NCBI GenBank assembly: GCA_046048135.1
Contig: JBJOGR010000036.1
Coordinates: 4,164 to 68,163 of the forward strand
Origin: Actinomycetota bacterium
GTDB lineage: Bacteria > Actinomycetota > Actinomycetes > S36-B12 > UBA5976
Direction of reading: 5' to 3'
DNA length: 64,000 bases
Below, in pieces: positions 9,408 through 17,152 of the stretch. Made by a program: the position numbers and the translations under genes. The notes below the pieces were generated by a model, which was given only the letters and a program-made list of their open reading frames with translations, did no database searches and had not been told where the DNA came from. Position 1 is the stretch's first letter; each line of letters starts with the position of its first letter.

Positions 9408-10337
9408 ATGGCTTTTAAAAATTCAAAGGCAAAAAAACAGGTTGGCTCTGGTGGTAAAAGAAGAAAAAGATTAAAAGGTAAAGGTCCAACACCAAAGGCC
9501 AAAGATAGAGTTGCTCACGTTAACTATCAAGCAAATAAAGGTTTTAAAAAGTCAAAACCAAAATCAACTTCAAATTCTAATCAAGAAAGAAGACCTGCTT
9601 CAGACTTTATTTTAGGAAGAAATCCAGTATTAGAAGCATTGAAAGAAAACGTGGAAGCAGTGGTTTTAAGAATTGCAAGTGGGATAGATATAGATGAAAA
9701 AGTAAGACAAATTTTGACACTTGCTTCAAGTAAAAATATTTCAGTTTTAGAAGTAGATAGGAAAGAACTTGATCGCTTAACCAATAACATCAATCACCAA
9801 GGCGTTGCTTTAGCTGTGGCAAGTTATAAATATAAAGATTTGAAGGAAGTTCTTGCTCAAAATAAAGAAAATCCTTTATTAATTTTTCTTGACGGGGTAA
9901 CAGATCCAAGAAATCTAGGAGCAGTAATTCGCTCTGCAGCCGGTTTTAATGCAACAGCTGTGGTTATTGCAGAAAGAAGAAGTGCTGGAATTACAGGTTC
10001 GGTTTGGAAAACAGCGGCTGGTGCGCTTTCTCACGTGCCAGTTTGTCAAGTAGTAAATATAACTAGGACAATTACTGAATTAAAAGAAAAAGGATTTTTT
10101 GCGATTGCTTTAGATGGCGATGGTGAAACTTCTTTAGAAAAAGTCGACCCCGATTTTGCTTCCAAACCATTGATAGTTGTCATTGGCGCAGAAGGCAAAG
10201 GGGTTTCTCGACTAGTTGCTCAAACTTGTGACTTAAGAGTCAAAATAAAGATGAGTAAAAAAATAGAATCTCTCAATGCTGCCGTAGCAACAGGTGTGGC
10301 ACTTTATTCATTAACGCTATCGCGTAAACTCGATTAG
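9408..10337 (+). CDS. rlmB: 23S rRNA (guanosine-2'-O)-methyltransferase, SPOUT/TrmH family
   Basis: GRNPVLEAL, DGVTDPRNLGAVIRSA, IGAEGKG, ESLNAAVA; follows cysS. Confidence 0.92.
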   Translation: MAFKNSKAKKQVGSGGKRRKRLKGKGPTPKAKDRVAHVNYQANKGFKKSKPKSTSNSNQERRPASDFILGRNPVLEALKENVEAVVLRIASGIDIDEKVRQILTLASSKNISVLEVDRKELDRLTNNINHQGVALAVASYKYKDLKEVLAQNKENPLLIFLDGVTDPRNLGAVIRSAAGFNATAVVIAERRSAGITGSVWKTAAGALSHVPVCQVVNITRTITELKEKGFFAIALDGDGETSLEKVDPDFASKPLIVVIGAEGKGVSRLVAQTCDLRVKIKMSKKIESLNAAVATGVALYSLTLSRKLD

Positions 10338-10357
10338 TCTAAAGATTTTTAAATCTT

Positions 10358-10433
10358 GCCGATGTGGCGCAACTGGTAGCGCACCCGACTTGTAATCGGG
10401 CGGTTAGGGGTTCAAGTCCCCTCATCGGCTCCA
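10358..10433 (+). tRNA. tRNA-Thr (anticodon UGU) with encoded CCA
   Basis: Full cloverleaf: acceptor GCCGATG/CATCGGC, D arm GCGC/GCGC, anticodon arm CCCGA-CTTGTAA-TCGGG, T arm AGGGG-TTCAAGT-CCCCT, 3' TCCA. Confidence 0.97.
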
Positions 10434-11330
10434 AATACTAGTTATTTTAATTCCCTGCACTTTTGCAACGCCAAACAAAATTAACAAAGCACCAATTGGT
10501 TGATACCAATGAAGAGATTCTTTTAAAATAAAAAATCCAGCAATTGTTGAAATAATTGGAGTTGCATAAGTAATTGTTGCTGCAGCTAAACTTCCAACAT
10601 CTCTTAAAATTTTGTAAACTAACGGAAAAGCAAAACCGGTCGAAAAAATTCCTAAAAAGAAAATAGATAAAAGATTAAGATTATTAATTTCCTCAACACG
10701 TGGACTAAAAATTAAACAAAGTATAAAAAGTTGGAATGCAGAAGAAGTAAGTTGCGCTCCAATAAATGATGATGGTGAAAGATTCAAAATAGTTACTTTT
10801 GCGCGAGTATAAATTACTGCCGCTCCATAACATGCAGTTGCGATTAAAACTGCAAGTAAACCAATTAAATCACTTTCTGCACTGGAGCCTTCCCAAATAC
10901 CTAGAAGTATTAAAACTCCTGCAAAGCCAATCAAAATTCCAATGTATTCATTTCTCGTAATTTTTTCAGCAGGAATAAACATGATTGCAAAAAGTGCAGT
11001 CCATAAAGGAGTAGCCGCATTTCCAATACCAGCTAATACTGAACTGACATGAGTTTCACCAAAAGCGATTAAAGCAAATGGTGCGGTGTGCTGAAAAAAA
11101 CCAGCTATGTTTGCTCTGATCCAAGCTGTTTTTGTTTTAGGTAATTTTTGCTTTAAAAAAAGTAAAATAATTAAAACAGTAATTGCACCAAGCCCTACTC
11201 GACCAAAAGCTACTTGCAAAGCCGATAGGCCATTTAAAGCAATTTTTATAAATAGAAAAGATAAACCCCAAACAATACTTAAAAAAATCCAAGAGGGTAA
11301 CCAAGTATTTAAAGGTGGTTTTTGTGACAT
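10422..11330 (-). CDS. DMT/EamA-family transporter
   Basis: About ten hydrophobic helices; WGLSFLFIKIA, ATPLWTAL, two EamA-like halves. Confidence 0.9.
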   Translation of the reverse strand: MSQKPPLNTWLPSWIFLSIVWGLSFLFIKIALNGLSALQVAFGRVGLGAITVLIILLFLKQKLPKTKTAWIRANIAGFFQHTAPFALIAFGETHVSSVLAGIGNAATPLWTALFAIMFIPAEKITRNEYIGILIGFAGVLILLGIWEGSSAESDLIGLLAVLIATACYGAAVIYTRAKVTILNLSPSSFIGAQLTSSAFQLFILCLIFSPRVEEINNLNLLSIFFLGIFSTGFAFPLVYKILRDVGSLAAATITYATPIISTIAGFFILKESLHWYQPIGALLILFGVAKVQGIKITSIWSR

Positions 11331-11521
11331 GAGTTTTCTATTCTGTCACATCAATAACACCCGAGTCACATAGTTAACGCCTATAACTAGCAAATGTTAA
11401 ACAAGTGATTAATCCGACACGACCAAACGCGTAATCACATACTTTTACCTGATTTATTAAATACGATAGGGAAGGCTTAAAAATTTAATAAGAAAAAGAC
11501 TTTTAGGAGAATATTTAAATA

Positions 11522-11809
11522 ATGGATGCCGCATCACTTTCCCCCGGCAATAACGATTTTGAACTAACACCAAGAGATAAAGAAATTTTAGAATTCGAAC
11601 GCCAATGGTGGAAATATTCAGGAGCTAAAGAACAAGCAATAAGAGAACTATTTGGAATGAGCGCAACTCGTTATTACCAAGTGCTTAACGCTTTAGTTGA
11701 TCATCCAGGGGCAATGAGCTTTGATCCAATGTTGATTAAAAGATTGCAAAGAATGCGAAATGCTAGAGCAAGAAATAGATCTGCCAGAAAACTTGGTATT
11801 CAACTTTAA
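11522..11809 (+). CDS. DUF3263-family protein (Rv0430-like)
   Basis: ILEFERQWWKYSGAKEQAIRELF.MSATRYYQVLNAL; AGGAG RBS. Confidence 0.9.
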   Translation: MDAASLSPGNNDFELTPRDKEILEFERQWWKYSGAKEQAIRELFGMSATRYYQVLNALVDHPGAMSFDPMLIKRLQRMRNARARNRSARKLGIQL

Positions 11810-11835
11810 TTCTTAAGAAACGAGTTAAGCACTAA

Positions 11836-12045
11836 ATGCCAAAGGGCACAGTTATGTGGTTCAACTCTGAAAAAGGTTACGGTTACATTAAAGCAGTCGA
11901 TGGCTCTCAAATATTTGTTAGAGAAAGTGCAATTCAGGTAGACGGTTTAAGAACTCTTAAACCTGGCGATAAAGTCAGTTTCGAATTAGACTTAGATTCC
12001 GATCAACGCGGCCCCCAGGCTTCCAAGGTAGTTCAATTGAATTAG
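11836..12045 (+). CDS. Cold-shock domain protein (divergent RNP-2)
   Basis: GTVMWFNSEKGYGYI and GPQA..V; RNP-2 reads IFVRES. Confidence 0.88.
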   Translation: MPKGTVMWFNSEKGYGYIKAVDGSQIFVRESAIQVDGLRTLKPGDKVSFELDLDSDQRGPQASKVVQLN

Positions 12046-12053
12046 GGAGTTTC

Positions 12054-12656
12054 ATGAAATCAAAGGATGCTAAATCCTTAATTCAAGATTTTTATATTCC
12101 ACTGGCTCAAGAATTAGTTAAAGCCTCTGATTTTATAATTGACATTGTTAACACTCCGAAAGAAAGTAGAGCCGAGTTATCTCGAAGAGTCAGCGAAATT
12201 GAAAATCAAGCTGACAAATTTTTAGTAAAAATTGTAAAGAAAATAAGTAAAGTAGATTCATCTGTAGAAATAAGAGATCAGTTTTTAGATCTTGCAAATT
12301 ATTTAGATGATGCAATTGATTCATTGGAAGAGGCTTCAGATTTAACTATTTTGCACAATGTAGGAGAATTCCCTCAAGGTACAAATGATCTAGTTCAAGC
12401 TGTAAAAAATTTAGCTGAAATTACTCTAATGAATTTAAATTTAATTGGGGATGAAGAAAAAATGGATCAATATTTTGCACTAGCAAACAAAATTGAAGAC
12501 GATGGGGACAGAATACATAGACGAATCACTGCTCTATTATTTAATGGTTCTTATGAAGCAATAGATGTTTTACGCATAGTTGGGATAATAAATTTATTTG
12601 AAGATTCCTTAGACGATATGGCTAGAGTTGCTAGATCAGCAAATTCTCTAACCTAA
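12054..12656 (+). CDS. DUF47/PhoU-like phosphate transport regulator family protein
   Basis: Two helical repeats with acidic motifs EIENQAD/LDDAID and KIEDDGD/FEDSLD. Confidence 0.75.
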   Translation: MKSKDAKSLIQDFYIPLAQELVKASDFIIDIVNTPKESRAELSRRVSEIENQADKFLVKIVKKISKVDSSVEIRDQFLDLANYLDDAIDSLEEASDLTILHNVGEFPQGTNDLVQAVKNLAEITLMNLNLIGDEEKMDQYFALANKIEDDGDRIHRRITALLFNGSYEAIDVLRIVGIINLFEDSLDDMARVARSANSLT

Positions 12657-12663
12657 GTTTAAA

Positions 12664-15420
12664 TCAACCAGTATTTCTTAGGCCTGTAGCAATTCCATTT
12701 ATAGTTAATAACAAAGTTCTTCTCAATAAAGGATCAATATCATCATTAACTTGATTTAAATCTCTCACTTTTTTCAAAAGTGAAACTTGTAAATATTGCA
12801 ACGGTAAAAGGTAGGTATCTCTAATTTGCAATGTCTTTTTTAATGATTGTTGATTTTCTAATATTTCAGTTTCTCCAGTTATCCAAAGAATTTGTTTTTT
12901 AGTTTCCTCATACTCTTCTTTAACTTTGTCAAACATGTGATGAAATTCTTGTGGAACTAATTCATTAACATAATGTTGCGCAATTTTCATATCAGCTTTT
13001 GCAACAGTCATTTCAACATTACTTATAAAGTTTTTGAAGAAAGCCCAATTCTTAGACATATGACGCAAAGTTTCTTCAAACCCTTCACTTCGAGCAGTTT
13101 TAATTCCTGTGCCAACTCCAAACCAACCAGGAATAATTTGACGAGACTGAGTCCAACCAAACACCCATGGAATAGCTCTTAACGATTCAATACCTGCATT
13201 TGCTTGTCTTTTTGCAGGCCTTGATCCAAGGTGAAGATCTGCTAATTGTTCAACAGGAGTAGAAAGTGCAAAATAATTTGCTAAATCAGGATCTTTAGTA
13301 AGTGAATTATATTTTTCTTGAGCTGAAAGACTAATTTTATTCATTACTTGATCCCATTGATCTAAATCTGATTGATTAACTCTGGAGGCAGCATGCAATA
13401 AAGTTGCCTCAAGCGTTGCTGCAACTAATAATTCTAAATTTTCTTTTGCTAATTGTGGAAGTAAGTATTTATCACTTATAACTTCACCTTGCTCTGTTAA
13501 TTTCATTTCGCCATCGACTACACCCCATGGCATAGCTAAAATTGCATCGTGAGTTGGTCCACCACCTCTTCCAACTGTTCCACCACGGCCATGAAAAATT
13601 CTTAATCTAACTCCATGTTTTAATGCAACGTCTCTTAATTTTCTTTGGGCAAGTTGAATTTCCCATTGACTAGTTGTGATTCCTGCATCCTTATTTGAAT
13701 CCGAATAACCAAGCATTACTTCTTGCAAATTATTTCTTAAAGAAACTAGAACTCTATAAGAAGGAGTAGATAAAAGTGTTTCTAAAATATCTCCTGCATT
13801 TCTTAATTCATCAACAGTTTCTAATAATGGAACAAAATTAATTTTGGCAATTCTTGCCCCTAAATCAACTAATCCATTTTCTTTGGCAAGTAATACTGCA
13901 GCCATTAAGTCATCTGGTCCTTTAGTCATTGACACAATGTAGGTATCAATTACCTCATCTCCATATTGCAAAAGAGCTTGATTAATTGCTCCAAAAGTTG
14001 AATAAGTTCTAATATGTTCTGGATCTGTTAAAGCAGTTGGTGTTGTGCCAAGTGGAGTAGCAGCTAAAGGTCTTGGTGAATCTAATTCTTGGGCAAGTAA
14101 TTCAAATCTTTCTGCCTTTTTTAAAGACAAATACGGTTTATCAATTAATTTTGCTCGATCAATTAAGGGAGCCAGTGCTTCATGATGTTTTTCTGAGTGT
14201 TCTCTGACATCTAATTTGGCTAGTTGTAAACCGATTGCAGAAGCAGTTCTTATTGCTTTTCCAAGAATTCCGTTTGCAATTAATTCACTTTTTTCATTAT
14301 TTAAAGCATCATAAAGTTGCGTTAAATCATTGATGAATTCTTTTTGGCTTGCATAGTCAACACCTTCAACATGTGCAGTTTTATTTGCAAATCTTTGTCT
14401 AGTTTTTTCTAATCTATGACTTATTACGGAAAGCTTTAATCTGTAAGGTTCTTCTGCATTAATTCTTTTCATTCTTGAATCAAGATCTGTCAAAGTTGTT
14501 AGATCTTTTTCCACAAAATTCCATAATTCATCATCGGCTGGAGAAATTCGATCAGAAATTGATAAATCTTCAGCCAAACGTTTAATAATTTTCTGCAAAT
14601 CTCGAATGGCATGTCCTCTTTGAAGAGTTAAGACATTAGTTGTTACTTCAGGGGTAACAAATGGGTTTCCATCACGATCACCACCTATCCAAGATCCAAA
14701 TTCCAAAGGAGTATCTGTGGGATTTAAAACTTGATCCACATTCAATTCTTTTGCTACACGGTTTAATTCTTGTAATACTTCAGGTAAAGCACCAAGGGCT
14801 GCATCATCTAAATAGTTCATGGCATTTCTTGCTTCGTCCAACACTTCAGGACGTTCAAGTCTTAATTCATCGGTTTGCCAAAGTAGATCAATTATTTCTG
14901 AGAATTGATCATCTGTAACTGTGGTAATTGATGTATTTGAATATTTTTCATTTAATAATTCAGCAATTCTTTTTAATTTTAAAAGCACACTTCTTCTTGA
15001 CGCTTCTGTTGGATGTGCAGTAAAAACTGGTCTAACATGTAAATTTTTAAAAGCATCTGCCACGGTGTTTGGATCAATATCAGAATTTTTAATTTTTTCT
15101 GCCATTTGCGATAGCCAACTACCATTAAGTTGTTTTTCAGTTGCTCTATCTTTTGATCTAAAAAATTGTTCTGTGATGTTTGCTAAATGAAAGTAAACAC
15201 TAAATGCCCTGGCTAATTTGATAGCAGAATCTAAATCAATTCGAGCAAGAATTTGAGCAACTTCCAATGGGTTATCTTTAGATAAAACTCTAATTTTTTC
15301 AACTAATTCAAATAGTTGATTACCTTCTTGTCTAGTTAAAGATTGTCCAAGTAAAACTCCCAGATGATGAATCTCGGAGCGCATCAGCGCATAAGAATCT
15401 TGGGAAGTGTTTTCAGGCAT
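12664..15420 (-). CDS. ppc: Phosphoenolpyruvate carboxylase
   Basis: VFTAHPTE, SWIGGDRDGNP, VMLGYSDSNKD, FHGRGGTVGRGG, LRAIPWVF, C-terminal RNTG. Confidence 0.98.
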   Translation of the reverse strand: MPENTSQDSYALMRSEIHHLGVLLGQSLTRQEGNQLFELVEKIRVLSKDNPLEVAQILARIDLDSAIKLARAFSVYFHLANITEQFFRSKDRATEKQLNGSWLSQMAEKIKNSDIDPNTVADAFKNLHVRPVFTAHPTEASRRSVLLKLKRIAELLNEKYSNTSITTVTDDQFSEIIDLLWQTDELRLERPEVLDEARNAMNYLDDAALGALPEVLQELNRVAKELNVDQVLNPTDTPLEFGSWIGGDRDGNPFVTPEVTTNVLTLQRGHAIRDLQKIIKRLAEDLSISDRISPADDELWNFVEKDLTTLTDLDSRMKRINAEEPYRLKLSVISHRLEKTRQRFANKTAHVEGVDYASQKEFINDLTQLYDALNNEKSELIANGILGKAIRTASAIGLQLAKLDVREHSEKHHEALAPLIDRAKLIDKPYLSLKKAERFELLAQELDSPRPLAATPLGTTPTALTDPEHIRTYSTFGAINQALLQYGDEVIDTYIVSMTKGPDDLMAAVLLAKENGLVDLGARIAKINFVPLLETVDELRNAGDILETLLSTPSYRVLVSLRNNLQEVMLGYSDSNKDAGITTSQWEIQLAQRKLRDVALKHGVRLRIFHGRGGTVGRGGGPTHDAILAMPWGVVDGEMKLTEQGEVISDKYLLPQLAKENLELLVAATLEATLLHAASRVNQSDLDQWDQVMNKISLSAQEKYNSLTKDPDLANYFALSTPVEQLADLHLGSRPAKRQANAGIESLRAIPWVFGWTQSRQIIPGWFGVGTGIKTARSEGFEETLRHMSKNWAFFKNFISNVEMTVAKADMKIAQHYVNELVPQEFHHMFDKVKEEYEETKKQILWITGETEILENQQSLKKTLQIRDTYLLPLQYLQVSLLKKVRDLNQVNDDIDPLLRRTLLLTINGIATGLRNTG

Positions 15421-15430
15421 AAGTTAATTC

Positions 15431-15482
15431 TAATCAGTTAATAAAAATTGATTGATTTAACAATCAAATTAACGATTGATTA
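15431..15482. other. Nested AT-rich inverted repeat between XPB stop and ppc promoter (possible terminator or operator)
   Basis: TTGATTG(15448-54)/CAATCAA(15461-67) inside GTTAAT/ATTAAC and TAATCA/TGATTA. Confidence 0.4.
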
Positions 15483-15490
15483 CTTTAGAT

Positions 15491-17152
15491 TTAATTTGAT
15501 TTTGGATCATTTCCAGATAAAACATCTGCTGCATCGACAATTCTGTAGGCATATCCTTGTTCTGCCAAGAATCTTTGGCGATGCGCTGCAAAATCAGCAT
15601 CGATAGTGTCTCTTGAAACCACTGCATAAAATCTTGCAGTTCGACCATCTGCTTTTGGTCTTAAAACGCGACCCAGTCTTTGAGCTTCTTCTTGTCTTGA
15701 ACCAAATGAACCAGAAACTTGAATAGCTACTCCTGCTTCAGGAAGATCAAGAGAAAAGTTAGCAACTTTACTTACCACTAATACTTTTAAATCTCCCGAA
15801 CGAAAACTTTCAAAAAGTTTTTCTCTTTCTTTTATTGGTGTTGAGCCATCGACAACAGGTGCACCTAAATGTTGACCAAGTTCTGCAAGCTGATCTAAGT
15901 ATTGGCCAATTACTAAAACACGATCATCACTATGTTTTGCAACTAATGTTTCCACCACATTATTTTTTGACAATGTAGTTGATGCTAAACGATATTTATC
16001 TTCTCGTTCTGCAGTTGCATAAGTTAATCTTTCATGTTCTGGCAAGGTAACTCTTACTTCAACACAATCTGCTGGAGCAATCCATCCTTGATCTGCCATA
16101 TCCTTCCAAGGTGCATCAAATCTTTTTGGACCGATTAAAGAAAAGACATCATCTTCTCTTCCATCTTCTCTAACTAAAGTTGCAGTTAAACCAAGACGTC
16201 TTCTTGATTGAATATCTGCAGTGAATCTAAATACTGGAGCTGGAAGTAAGTGAACTTCATCATAAATTATTAAGCCCCAATTTTTGGCATCAAACAATTC
16301 AAGATGCGCGTAAGTTCCTTTTCGTTTTGTAGTTAAAACTTGATAAGTAGCAATTGTGACAGGTCTAATTTCTTTTTTAGAACCTGAATATTCACCAATT
16401 TCTTCTTCTGTCAAAGTTGTTCTTTTTAATAATTCACTTCTCCATTGTCTTGCAGAAACTGTATTTGTTACAAGAATTAATGTGGTGGTTTTTAGTCTAG
16501 ACATTGCACTTGCACCAACTATTGTTTTTCCAGCACCGCAAGGAAGTACTACAACTCCAGATCCACCATGAACAAAAGATTCAGAAGCTATGTCTTGATA
16601 ATTTCTTAATTCCCAACCTTTTTGTACTAATTCAATTGCATGGGCATCGCCATCCACATAACCTGCATAATCTTCTGCGGGCCAACCCAGTTTTAATAAT
16701 TGTTGTTTAAGTTGTCCGCGTTCTGATGGGTGCACCACAATATTTTGATCATCAATTCTTTGACCAACTAGAGGTTGAATTCTTTTACTTCTTAATATTT
16801 CTTCCATTACTGGGAGATCTTCACAGTGAAGAATTAATCCATGAGCAGGATCTTTTTTAAGACTTAAACGACCATAACGATCCATTAATTCGGCAACGTC
16901 AACTAATAAACCGTGGGGAACTGCATATCTTGAATATTTAAGAAGTGTGTCAACCACACTTTCTGCATCTAATCCAGCTGCTCTTGCATTCCATAATCCA
17001 AGTGGAGTAATTCTGTAAGTGTGAACGTGTTCAGGAGATCTCTCTAATTCAGCAAACGGAGCGATTGCTCTTCTTGCTTCTTGAGCTAATTCATGATCAA
17101 TCTCTAGTAATAGAGTTTTATCACTTTGAACAATTAATGGACCGTCAGTCAT
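15491..17152 (-). CDS. XPB/Rad25/ERCC3-family SF2 DNA helicase
   Basis: N-terminal Helicase_C_3 domain; Walker A LPCGAGKT, DEVH, TATLVREDG (RED motif), QRLGR. Confidence 0.95.
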   Translation of the reverse strand: MTDGPLIVQSDKTLLLEIDHELAQEARRAIAPFAELERSPEHVHTYRITPLGLWNARAAGLDAESVVDTLLKYSRYAVPHGLLVDVAELMDRYGRLSLKKDPAHGLILHCEDLPVMEEILRSKRIQPLVGQRIDDQNIVVHPSERGQLKQQLLKLGWPAEDYAGYVDGDAHAIELVQKGWELRNYQDIASESFVHGGSGVVVLPCGAGKTIVGASAMSRLKTTTLILVTNTVSARQWRSELLKRTTLTEEEIGEYSGSKKEIRPVTIATYQVLTTKRKGTYAHLELFDAKNWGLIIYDEVHLLPAPVFRFTADIQSRRRLGLTATLVREDGREDDVFSLIGPKRFDAPWKDMADQGWIAPADCVEVRVTLPEHERLTYATAEREDKYRLASTTLSKNNVVETLVAKHSDDRVLVIGQYLDQLAELGQHLGAPVVDGSTPIKEREKLFESFRSGDLKVLVVSKVANFSLDLPEAGVAIQVSGSFGSRQEEAQRLGRVLRPKADGRTARFYAVVSRDTIDADFAAHRQRFLAEQGYAYRIVDAADVLSGNDPKSN

